A stretch of 14,597 nt of DNA from Candidatus Sericytochromatia bacterium (GTDB lineage Bacteria > Cyanobacteriota > Sericytochromatia > S15B-MN24 > VGJW01): contig JAYKHS010000023.1 in the NCBI GenBank assembly GCA_035285865.1, forward strand, positions 1 through 14,597. Direction: 5' to 3'. The notes beneath the pieces are model-generated. The model saw nothing but the letters and a program-made list of their open reading frames with translations. It had not been told where the DNA came from and did not search any database. A program made the position numbers and the translations under genes. The first letter of the stretch is position 1. Every line of letters begins with the position of its first letter. Positions 1-7,863 of the stretch are shown in pieces.

Positions 1-30
1 CGAGAGCTTCAGGAATTCGCGGCGTTCCAT
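1..30 (-). CDS. 5' end (runs off window) of a Tat-exported protein, probably the ActB/QrcB-type molybdopterin-oxidoreductase-like subunit
   Basis: Reverse complement of 1-30 reads ATGGAACGCCGCGAATTCCTGAAGCTCTCG = MERREFLKLS, a twin-arginine RRxFLK motif. GAGGA lies upstream, and the start is 16 nt after the cytochrome stop. Product inferred from the usual actA-actB/qrcA-qrcB order. Confidence 0.7.
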   Translation of the reverse strand, partial: MERREFLKLS

Positions 31-46
31 CGGGGTTCCTCGGCAA

Positions 47-652
47 TCAGTAGTGGCAGGACCAGCAATCCTTGCTGGCGCCGTACTTGTCGTGACAGGA
101 GAGACAGGTGCCCATGCGGATCAGGTCCACCTCCTGGCGAACCACCTCCTGCTTGGCAATGTTGCCGTGGCAGTTGATGCACGCCGTTTCGGCTTCCTTG
201 CCCTGCTTGGTCGCCAGAGCATAGATATGCACCTGGTGGGGGAAGTGGGCGTGGTTCGGCAGGTCGTAGACCCGATTCCACTTCACGGGCTTGGTGGGAT
301 CCTTCAGCGTCATGTTCGGCGCATTGCCGGTCATGAACTTGCCGATTTCCTTCTGCTCCCACTCGGGCAGAGCGGCCGTATTCAGCGTCTTGTGACAACC
401 CGCACAGGTCTCCATCGCAGGAATGCCGGCGTGCGCGTTCTTGTCGACGAACTGATGGCAGTAGGTGCAGGAGATGCCCCTCTTGCCCACGTGGATCTCA
501 TGCGAGAACAGGATGGGTTGTTTGACCGGCGCCGCATGCGGAGCAGTGATGCTCCATCCGGTTTCGTGTGCGTGCTCGCTGTAGAGCACGAACGCGAGGG
601 CGCCGATGGCCACCACTGGGGCGACCGCCACAAGGGCCTTGATCGGGTTCAT
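47..652 (-). CDS. Membrane-anchored pentaheme cytochrome c (cytochrome c3 family; ActA/QrcA-like)
   Basis: N-terminal hydrophobic helix, QPILFSHEIH, five CxxCH motifs (CTYCH, CAGCH, CINCH, CLSCH, CWSCH), and the AGIP and W-RVYDLP--AHFPH--H segments typical of ActA/QrcA. ATG 652 is better spaced from GGAG than GTG 655. Confidence 0.9.
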   Translation of the reverse strand: MNPIKALVAVAPVVAIGALAFVLYSEHAHETGWSITAPHAAPVKQPILFSHEIHVGKRGISCTYCHQFVDKNAHAGIPAMETCAGCHKTLNTAALPEWEQKEIGKFMTGNAPNMTLKDPTKPVKWNRVYDLPNHAHFPHQVHIYALATKQGKEAETACINCHGNIAKQEVVRQEVDLIRMGTCLSCHDKYGASKDCWSCHY

Positions 653-785
653 CACGACTCCATAGGAAGGGAGAGAGAGCGAAGCTTGCCTGAATGGTTG
701 CGTGTCAGGGTACTAGGCTGCCCCCGTGAATGTCCAGACCGTCTCCGCAGGTTGAACACATCTTTACGTTCCGTGACACGACCCA

Positions 786-1529
786 TCAGATGCGTCCGCC
801 ATCTTCCAGAAGCGTCTGGCCCGTCATGTAAGAAAAATCCGGACCGGCAACTGCCACGATGCTGCGTGCCACCTCGTCCGGATCGGCCATGCGTCCGAGC
901 GGAATGCCGCGGACGACCGCTTCGCGCTGGTCCGCCGAAAGCCCGGCCTGAAGCCGCGTGTCGACATAACCGGGCGAGATCGCGTTGACCCTCACGCTCG
1001 GGGCATAGGCCCGCGCGGCCGATTTGGTCAGGGACACCACGCCGGCCTTTGCGGCGGCGTAGTGCGGCGAGGACGGCGCGCCTTCGAGCGCCCGCATGCT
1101 GGCCACCAGCACCAGACTGCCGCCACCCGCCTCGCGCATGCGGCCGGCCAGCGACTGGACGAGGAAGAAGACGGATTTCAGATTGACGGCGAGCACCTCG
1201 TCCCAGATGTCCTCCTCGATGTCCGACCACCCGCCGCGCCGGACGATGCCGTGACAGATGGCCGCCGAGGCCAGAGGCCCGGCGAGTTCCCACGCCCTCG
1301 CAACCAGTTCCCTGCAGGCCTCCGCGCCATCCAGAGGCGCGCACAGGGCCCAGGCCGACCCGCCGGATTCCCGAATCTCCTCCGCCACGGCTTCGGCTGC
1401 CCTCGCATCACGGCCCCCGTGCACGACGACACCTGCACCACGCGCCGCGAAGGCCAGCGCCGTGGCCTTGCCGATGCCGCTGCTGGCGCCCGTGACGAGT
1501 ACCGCGCTTCCCTGCCAGCCGCTGCCCAT
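786..1529 (-). CDS. SDR family NAD(P)-dependent oxidoreductase (FabG-like), 247 aa
   Basis: TGASSGIG Rossmann motif, catalytic YAAAK, VRVNAISPGYVDT and YMTGQTL. Start moved to ATG 1529, which has GGAGG upstream. Confidence 0.93.
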   Translation of the reverse strand: MGSGWQGSAVLVTGASSGIGKATALAFAARGAGVVVHGGRDARAAEAVAEEIRESGGSAWALCAPLDGAEACRELVARAWELAGPLASAAICHGIVRRGGWSDIEEDIWDEVLAVNLKSVFFLVQSLAGRMREAGGGSLVLVASMRALEGAPSSPHYAAAKAGVVSLTKSAARAYAPSVRVNAISPGYVDTRLQAGLSADQREAVVRGIPLGRMADPDEVARSIVAVAGPDFSYMTGQTLLEDGGRI

Positions 1530-1580
1530 CCGCGTGCCTCCGTGCTTGTCCCTCTCGGGTGTGGCTGCCAAGATAGCAGG

Positions 1581-1790
1581 ATGACGCGCCGCAAGATGCT
1601 TGCCACCCTGCTGATCACGGGGGGCCTCGCCCTCGCCACGTGGTCGCAGATGACCCTTCGCGACTTCGGTGGCCCGCAGGTCGTCAACCGGGAGTTCGTC
1701 CATGATGCTGCGGGACATACGAAGGATGAGCTCGTCGGCGTGGGCTCCGGCATCGTGCTGGTGCTGATCGGTGCCCTACTCGTGATCTAG
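1581..1790 (+). CDS. Small hypothetical membrane protein, 69 aa, two hydrophobic segments
   Basis: MTRRKMLATLLITGGLALATW...LVGVGSGIVLVLIGALLVI fills the SDR-ALDH gap. It has GC3-biased codons and is preceded by TGcCAAGAT. Its stop overlaps the ALDH stop (CTAG 1787-1790). Confidence 0.7.
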   Translation: MTRRKMLATLLITGGLALATWSQMTLRDFGGPQVVNREFVHDAAGHTKDELVGVGSGIVLVLIGALLVI

Positions 1791-3163
1791 GGCCGCCAGA
1801 CGCGCGGCAGCCAACGCTCCATCAACGTCGCCCAGCGGTCGTCGTAGGGATGAAGCCAGGGCCTGAAGGTCCACCGGAACCGAGGGGCGTTCACGTGCCT
1901 CCAGTGCACCAGGGCATCCAGGCCCTGCGTGCCGTGCACGCGCCCCCAACCGGAGTCCTTCTGCCCACCCCACGGGGTCTCGGGCATGGCGTGCGTCAGA
2001 ATCACTTCGTTGATCATGACCGTGCCGACCTGGAGGCGGGCCGCCAAGCGGCGACCGGCACGAACGTCGCGGGTGAAGACGTAGCCCAGCAGCCCCACCT
2101 CGCTCTCGTTGGCGAGTCGGACGGCCTCCTCGACGTCGTCGACGGGACACAGCGGCAGCAGGGGACCGAAGATCTCCTCGCGCATGACCCGTGCATCGGC
2201 AGGGCAGGGCGCCAGCAGGGCCGGTGCGTGATAAGGGTCCGGGAAGTGGGCGTCCGGCCTGATGACCTCGGCCCCCAGCGAGACGGCCTCGGCAACCTGT
2301 TCATCCCAGCGTGCAACGGCCTCGGGCATCGTGGGCCGACCGATGTCGATGCCCGGACGCAACCCCGCGACCTCGCGACGCAGAAGACCGAGCAGTGGCT
2401 CCCAGATGACGCGCGGCACATAGACCCGTTCGACCGAAGCGCAGACCTGACCGCAGTTGGCGAATGCCCCCCACGCGAGTGTCTTAGCCGTCTCCGCGAG
2501 GTCGGCATCCGGCAGCACGATGGCAGGTGCCTTGCCGCCCAGCTCGAGCGTGGTGGGGATGAGACGCTCCGCCGCGGCCACGGCCACCCGGCGCCCTCCC
2601 GGGACCGAACCGGTGAAGATGACATGGTCGGGTCGCGCCGCGATGAGTGCCTGCCCCGCCTCGGGACCACCCTCGGCCACGATCAGCAGATCGGGGTCGC
2701 CGCCTGTCTCGCGCCACCAGCGGACGAGCATTCGCGAGGACTCGGGCGTGCGTTCCGAAGGCTTCAGCACCACGGCATTTCCCGCCAGCAGCGCCGTGAC
2801 CGCATCGCCGATCCCGATCGCCACCGGAAAGTTCCAGGGCGCGATGATGCCGACGACGCCCACCGGCACGGGCACGAGGTCCGAGCGCCGATGGATGGCG
2901 AGATGCAGGGGAATTCGTCGCGCGCGCAGATGACGCGGCACGGACTTCATCTGGTGGCGCATGCCGTCCAGCAGAGGCAGCACCTCGTGGAAGAGCGCCT
3001 CGTAACGCGGCTTGCCTGTCTCGGCGGCAAGAACATCCGCGACCTCCCCCATGCCGGACAGGATGCGCCGCCACCACGGTCTCAGCGCACGCGCACGACG
3101 TGCGGGCTCGAGCCCCCCCCAGGCGCGCTGCGCCCTGCGGGCACGAAGCACCAGTTCCTCCAC
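1787..3163 (-). CDS. Aldehyde dehydrogenase family protein, 458 aa
   Basis: IAPWNFP, LKPSE, FTGS, LELGGK (catalytic Glu), GQVC (catalytic Cys), EEIFGP and PWGGxKxSG motifs. GAGGAGG precedes the GTG start. Confidence 0.95.
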   Translation of the reverse strand: MEELVLRARRAQRAWGGLEPARRARALRPWWRRILSGMGEVADVLAAETGKPRYEALFHEVLPLLDGMRHQMKSVPRHLRARRIPLHLAIHRRSDLVPVPVGVVGIIAPWNFPVAIGIGDAVTALLAGNAVVLKPSERTPESSRMLVRWWRETGGDPDLLIVAEGGPEAGQALIAARPDHVIFTGSVPGGRRVAVAAAERLIPTTLELGGKAPAIVLPDADLAETAKTLAWGAFANCGQVCASVERVYVPRVIWEPLLGLLRREVAGLRPGIDIGRPTMPEAVARWDEQVAEAVSLGAEVIRPDAHFPDPYHAPALLAPCPADARVMREEIFGPLLPLCPVDDVEEAVRLANESEVGLLGYVFTRDVRAGRRLAARLQVGTVMINEVILTHAMPETPWGGQKDSGWGRVHGTQGLDALVHWRHVNAPRFRWTFRPWLHPYDDRWATLMERWLPRVWRP

Positions 3164-3204
3164 GGCAAGGCCTCCTCGTCGGGCATATGCGGCATCATGT
3201 CACC

Positions 3205-4305
3205 ATGCGGGTCGACTGGGACGCCTTGCGTGCGGAGGCAGCCGCCTTGGGCTTCGATGCCGTGGGCGCCGCACCGGCTGACCCGTCGCGCCACGGACCC
3301 CGGTTCAGGGAATGGCTGGCCCGAGGTCATCATGGGCCGATGGCGTGGCTGGAACGGGAGCCTGAGCGCCGCATCGACCCGCGCCTCGTGCATCCGCCGG
3401 CGCGGAGCATCATCGTCGTCACGATGCGCCATGATCTGCCTCCGACGGGTCCCATGCCCGAGGACGTGCCCAGGGGGCGCATCGCGGCCTATGCCTTGGG
3501 TGATGACTACCACGACGTCATCAAGCCGAGGCTGCGGACCCTCGCGGAAAGGATCGGCGACCCGGTTGCCCGCGCCTACGTGGACACCGGCCCCGTGCTG
3601 GAGCGCAGCGCGGCCGAGGCTGCCGGCCTTGGCTGGATCGGTCGGAACTGCAACTTCATCGTGCCGGGCCAAGGATCGTTCACCTTCCTCGGAGTGCTGC
3701 TCACGGCCATCGAGACGCCGGTGCCACCCGCCATGCCCATCTCGTGCGGGCGATGCACGGCCTGCCTGGCGGCCTGTCCGACGGGAGCGCTCGTGGAGGG
3801 CAACCGCATCGATGCGCGGCGCTGCATCAGCACGCTGACCATCGAGACTCGTGGACCGCTTGCCCCGACCGATCGCCCTCTGCTCGGATCCTGGGTGTAC
3901 GGCTGCGACCTCTGTCAGGAGGCCTGTCCCTGGAACCGCAAGGCTGAGGGGACAAGGCAACCCGAACTGCGTGCCCTTGAAGACAGGCTCTTCCCTCCCC
4001 TCGATGGCCTGCTGGCCCTCGACCAGGCCGCATTCTCCGCGCGCTTCCGACGCAGCGCCATCAAGCGCACCAAACGCGAAGGTCTCGCCCGGAACGCCGC
4101 CGTAGTCCTGGGCAACAGCCGCCACCCCGAAGCGGCAGATGTCCTCGCGCGGCATCGGCGTCACGACCTGCCGCTCGTGCGCGCGCACGTCGCATGGGCC
4201 CTCGGGCAGCATCGTGCACGCCCGGTGCTCGAGGCCATGCGCCGCGAAGAGCGCGAGGCCACGGTACGCGCGGAAATAGACAAGGCTTTGTTGGGAATCC
4301 GTTAA
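3205..4305 (+). CDS. queG: tRNA epoxyqueuosine(34) reductase QueG
   Basis: LGFDAVG, GxIAAYAxGDDYH, YVDTGPVLER, AGLGWIGRN, Fe-S motifs CGRCTACLAACP and GCDLCQEACPWN, and RNAAVVLGN with a HEAT-like tail. ATG 3205 avoids overlap with ALDH. Confidence 0.95.
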   Translation: MRVDWDALRAEAAALGFDAVGAAPADPSRHGPRFREWLARGHHGPMAWLEREPERRIDPRLVHPPARSIIVVTMRHDLPPTGPMPEDVPRGRIAAYALGDDYHDVIKPRLRTLAERIGDPVARAYVDTGPVLERSAAEAAGLGWIGRNCNFIVPGQGSFTFLGVLLTAIETPVPPAMPISCGRCTACLAACPTGALVEGNRIDARRCISTLTIETRGPLAPTDRPLLGSWVYGCDLCQEACPWNRKAEGTRQPELRALEDRLFPPLDGLLALDQAAFSARFRRSAIKRTKREGLARNAAVVLGNSRHPEAADVLARHRRHDLPLVRAHVAWALGQHRARPVLEAMRREEREATVRAEIDKALLGIR

Positions 4306-4361
4306 ATCCCACAAGGCTGACCGTACCATCCGGTAAGAATATTGGGAGAGGAATCCAGAGC

Positions 4362-4664
4362 ATGAGCACCATCAAGGCCAACACCCCCCTGGCGCAGAAG
4401 GCTGCCCCGGTCAAGGTGGAGAATCAGACCTTCGACTTCGGGGCCATCGCCCAGGAAGTCGGCATGGCCCGCAAGACCCTCGGTGAGGACAAGTTCAAGG
4501 CCGAAAACCCCGGCATGTGGCAGCGGACCAAGGAGGTTTTCTCGTCCGGTGCCAAGAAGGAGCGCCTCCAGAAGATCGAGAACGCCGAGGCCTTCGAGAA
4601 GCTGTTCGACCAGTTGATGAACCTGGTGGCCAAAGCCAGCAAGGCCGTGTTCGGCGAAGCTTGA
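4362..4664 (+). CDS. Hypothetical helical protein, 100 aa
   Basis: GAGAGGA ribosome-binding site before ATG 4362, strongly biased codons (AAG, GCC, TTC, GAG), and a strong hairpin after the stop. No family recognised. Confidence 0.85.
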   Translation: MSTIKANTPLAQKAAPVKVENQTFDFGAIAQEVGMARKTLGEDKFKAENPGMWQRTKEVFSSGAKKERLQKIENAEAFEKLFDQLMNLVAKASKAVFGEA

Positions 4665-4688
4665 TTCCCAAATCGGTCGCAAGCGTGA

Positions 4689-4718
4689 CGGCCCCTTCGC
4701 CCTGTGGCGGAGGGGCCG
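4689..4718. terminator. GC-rich stem-loop between convergent genes, possible bidirectional terminator
   Basis: CGGCCCCTTCGCC-CTGT-GGCGGAGGGGCCG forms a 13-bp stem with one G-U pair. No clear U-tract on either strand. Confidence 0.6.
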
Positions 4719-4749
4719 GTACTCTGAGGTCAGGTCGACCCGAGCCGCG

Positions 4750-5634
4750 CTACCGGGGACCGAGGCCGAACAGGCCGAGGAATCCGCCCTTCTTGGTCGG
4801 CTTCGCCGCAGGCGCCTGCAACTGCCCCGTCGGCGTGCGCACAGGCAGAGGCAGACGGATGGGTTGCGGCTCCGGAAACAGCTTCGAGAACTCGGGATCG
4901 CCGGCGACCTCGGCAGGCAGGCGTTCGAGCTGATAGAGCTTGCCGGCGATGACCGGCGTCCGCATGTTCTGCAGCTGCTGCAGCGCATCCCGACCGCTCA
5001 AGCGCCGGACCTCGTCAACCTGCTTGGACAGCAGGGGCAAGGCCGAGCCAAGCTCCTCGTAGGTCTGCAAGGCCAACTGCAGACGCGGCAGAAGCTGCGC
5101 CTGGGTCTTGATACGCTCCTTCAGACGATTGAGCTGGGCGAGTTCCGGGGGACTGTAGCGTCCCGGGTTGCCGAGCGCCCCAGCCAGCATCCTCATCCGC
5201 GGGGCCAGATCATCCACGGCCAAACGCGCACTGGCGAGAATCGACTGGGCCTCGATGAGCCGCATGTTGGAGAGATCCTGGTTGGTGACGCGCAACGGCG
5301 TCGTATCGGCCCGGCCACCGGCAATCGAGGCAGGCTGGCGCGTCTGGGCCTCCTCGAAGCCCTCGGAAGCCGACTTGATCATCTGATAGAAGCCCATCTT
5401 CTGCTCGATGCGGCTCATGGCCTGATTCCGCTGGGGGCTCGGCGGCTGGGCGCGTAGCGCATCCAGTTCGGCCTGCTGCTGCTGCGCCAATTGGTCGAGG
5501 TAATCGAGCCGCATGCGCAGCTCACGGGTCGTGGCGCGGATCTGCTGTTCGAGGCGTGCGGCGTCCAGCTTTGCCTGGTCGGAGACGCCCGCGCGGTTCT
5601 CCTGTGCGCCCTGCGATTCTTGCGACGAAGCCAT
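4750..5634 (-). CDS. Hypothetical Gln/Leu-rich coiled-coil protein, ~294 aa, with a C-terminal amphipathic tail
   Basis: Long helical heptad-like stretches, a Pro-rich linker, and the ending KPTKKGGFLGLFGLGPR. The upstream ORF extension overlaps the divergent lipoprotein gene. ATG 5634 is preferred because ATG 5664 falls in the putative -35 box. Confidence 0.8.
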   Translation of the reverse strand: MASSQESQGAQENRAGVSDQAKLDAARLEQQIRATTRELRMRLDYLDQLAQQQQAELDALRAQPPSPQRNQAMSRIEQKMGFYQMIKSASEGFEEAQTRQPASIAGGRADTTPLRVTNQDLSNMRLIEAQSILASARLAVDDLAPRMRMLAGALGNPGRYSPPELAQLNRLKERIKTQAQLLPRLQLALQTYEELGSALPLLSKQVDEVRRLSGRDALQQLQNMRTPVIAGKLYQLERLPAEVAGDPEFSKLFPEPQPIRLPLPVRTPTGQLQAPAAKPTKKGGFLGLFGLGPR

Positions 5635-5643
5635 ACGGAGTCC

Positions 5644-5668
5644 GTACCCCCCCGGAAGGTCCATTAAC
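5644..5668 (-). promoter_or_regulatory. Putative SigB/SigF-type promoter GTTAA-N14-GGGTAC
   Basis: The minus strand reads GTTAA tggaccttccgggg GGGTAC, ending 9 nt before ATG 5634. Same boxes and spacing as 7864-7888. Confidence 0.5.
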
Positions 5669-5705
5669 CCCGAAACACTGCAATTCAGGCGGGTAGGATC
5701 ATGGC

Positions 5706-7808
5706 ATGCGTCGTACCTTGGTGCGTCTCCTCCTCCTGGTGGCCCTGAGCACCGTGGCCTGCCGGATTCCGGAGGCCGCCCCCGTCGTGCCGAGCACGTC
5801 CGGCCCCGCCAGCGAGCCCGGAACAATCCCGCAAACGCTGCCGTCGCCAACCTCGGGTCTCGCGGTGGACCCACCCCACGCGGGGCCAGGTGCGCGGCTG
5901 ACCCTCGTGGGGCAAGGGCTTGCCCTGCCGGGCACACGCATTCGCATCGGGGGTCGGGAAGCACTGTGGGAGGTCCTGGCGCGGCGGGTCCAGGGGACCA
6001 TCGATATGCTTTCCGTGACCGTGCCGACCGGTGCGCGCACAGGCGTCCTCGAACTGGTCCAGGATGAAGAGGTCCGGACTGCTCCGGTTGCCATCCTCGC
6101 CAGCCTCGACCTGCCCGAGAGCGAACTGGAACTGGCTGGACCGGGATTCCGGACCCGCCTCGCGTGGAGTGGCAAGGACACGCTCGGCCTCACCATCGAC
6201 CGACCACGGGTCAACTGGCTTGTCGAGCCTGCAGACCATGCAACCATCGACGCCTCGGGCAACCTCGTCGCCCTGCGGGCTGGGCGCGTCAGGCTGACCG
6301 CTCAGAGCGGATTCATCGCCACAACGCGGAAGACCTCGGCCATGGCGACGAGCGATGCTCCCGACCCTATCCTGATCGGCACGTCCTCGCTGCTGTTCCC
6401 GTTCGGGGCGGAACCCCTGCCCATTGCCGACAGGCTGTCCCTGACAACCGAAACGGGGACAGCCTCCCTCGTCGAGTACCAGCCCGGCGCAGCCCAAGCG
6501 GCGAGGGTCGGTCGCATCACGGACATGATTTATCCCTTCATGCTGGCCCCGCACTCCGAAACGACGCAGCAGGAGGGCATCCTGTTCGTGGACAGTACGG
6601 CCGGCAGGGTCCGCTTCGTTTCCCTGGCCGGCGCGGCAAATCCCGGCCAGAGTCTCGTCTGGACGGCCGTGGGGGGCGGCACGACGCTCCCGGGACCGAA
6701 CACCAACCACGAGATCCGCCTCGTCGAACCGTGGGGCATCGCCGAATGCGAAGACCCGTATATCGTCAATCCCGGCAACTCCAACGCCGGGTTTCTCGGC
6801 AGGCGAATGGTCGTCATCACCGATGCCGGCCGAGGCCGTGTCTACGGATGGTTGCCCGATCCGCCCGGACCGGGGGACATTCGGGCGCGCGACACGGTCT
6901 TTTCGCTGATGGGCGGCAACCCAACGGCTGTTGCCACGCCGGTTCCCAATGCTTCGGCCAGCGCGAATCCCAACGAGCGGATCGAACCGGGGGACTCGGT
7001 CCCGCTCGACGCCAGGGGCCTCATCGCGGCCGACAAGGCAGGACTGGGCCTGCCCCGCGGCATCGCCGCCGGCAAATTGATCCGGGGGACCACCCGAATC
7101 TTCATCGCCGACTCGGGCTACCACAGGGTGCGCATGCTGGTTCGCTACGCGCCATCCTCCGCTCGGTCGTCGAATGACACCACCGGGTACGTGACCACGC
7201 TGGTCGGAACCGGCAAACGCGGCAACGGCCTGGATCTCGCGACCACCCTCCTGACGAGCGACCTGAACGCCCTGCCCATCGGGGCGCCAATGGATGTGGC
7301 CGTCCACGAATTCTCGAAGACCTCTCCCGTCCTGAACCCCGTCCCGATTGACCTCGAGCAGCACCTCTACATCGCGGACACCGACAACCGTGCCATCCTT
7401 CGCCTGCGCCTCGAGTCGCCGATCGTCAACAACGGCGGACCGAGCACCGGCACCAATGCCGTCGAGCGGGATCTCCTGCGCCTGCGCTTCGCGACCTGCC
7501 CACTGGGCTACCCGGTGCAGCTCCAAGTGGCACCGACGACGGGCGCCAACCCGCCCGCGGACCTTCTCGTGACGGACACAAGCGGCAACACGATATGGCG
7601 CTATACCGTCAGTTCCGCCGGGCAAACCAGTGCACTGACCAGCCTGACCAGCTGGCTCGGACGCCCGAACCTCACCACCTCCTATCCAGGCCTGCTGCTG
7701 CCGACGGCGGCAACATTGGGCAATGCGGCCGGTACGATCTTCGTCGCCGATTCCTTCAATCACATGATCCGGTCGATGGATGCCACGGCCAGCTCAGCCT
7801 GTCCGTGA
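5706..7808 (+). CDS. Surface lipoprotein with IPT/TIG domain, Ig-like (Big_2-like) domain and NHL-repeat beta-propeller, 700 aa
   Basis: Signal peptide with lipobox-like TVA-C19 and a P/S/T-rich linker. IPT-like VDPPHAGPGARLTLVGQGL...VTVPTGARTG; Big_2-like VNW...ATIDASGNLVALRAGRVRLTA; about six NHL-like blades such as LPRGIA...IFIADSGYHRVR, PMDVAV...LYIADTDNRAI and IFVADSFNHMIR. Confidence 0.85.
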   Translation: MRRTLVRLLLLVALSTVACRIPEAAPVVPSTSGPASEPGTIPQTLPSPTSGLAVDPPHAGPGARLTLVGQGLALPGTRIRIGGREALWEVLARRVQGTIDMLSVTVPTGARTGVLELVQDEEVRTAPVAILASLDLPESELELAGPGFRTRLAWSGKDTLGLTIDRPRVNWLVEPADHATIDASGNLVALRAGRVRLTAQSGFIATTRKTSAMATSDAPDPILIGTSSLLFPFGAEPLPIADRLSLTTETGTASLVEYQPGAAQAARVGRITDMIYPFMLAPHSETTQQEGILFVDSTAGRVRFVSLAGAANPGQSLVWTAVGGGTTLPGPNTNHEIRLVEPWGIAECEDPYIVNPGNSNAGFLGRRMVVITDAGRGRVYGWLPDPPGPGDIRARDTVFSLMGGNPTAVATPVPNASASANPNERIEPGDSVPLDARGLIAADKAGLGLPRGIAAGKLIRGTTRIFIADSGYHRVRMLVRYAPSSARSSNDTTGYVTTLVGTGKRGNGLDLATTLLTSDLNALPIGAPMDVAVHEFSKTSPVLNPVPIDLEQHLYIADTDNRAILRLRLESPIVNNGGPSTGTNAVERDLLRLRFATCPLGYPVQLQVAPTTGANPPADLLVTDTSGNTIWRYTVSSAGQTSALTSLTSWLGRPNLTTSYPGLLLPTAATLGNAAGTIFVADSFNHMIRSMDATASSACP

Positions 7809-7863
7809 AGGCGCTGTTGCGCCTTGATGAGCATCCTGTTGTCTCCGACGCGATGCCCCGGGC

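Noticed and set aside
665..684. Purine tract with a short (GA)n run upstream of the cytochrome gene
   Set aside because: Too short to call a phase-variable repeat; likely just a pyrimidine-rich leader on the coding strand.
694..786. Distant inverted pair CGTGTCA (701-707) / TGACACG (774-780) and possible FNR/CRP boxes upstream of the respiratory operon
   Set aside because: Only a 7-bp perfect core about 66 nt apart, and no proper TTGAT-N4-ATCAA or TGTGA-N6-TCACA match.
3100..3204. Longer N-termini given by the ORF track for queG (3100), and likewise SDR (1718), coiled-coil (5964), rod-like (7873) and htpX (9837)
   Set aside because: They overlap neighbouring genes or promoter-like motifs; family N-termini and ribosome-binding sites support the shorter starts.
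5647..5653. C7/G7 homopolymer upstream of the coiled-coil gene as a phase-variation tract
   Set aside because: Seven bases is unremarkable at this GC content, although slippage would change the putative promoter spacer.
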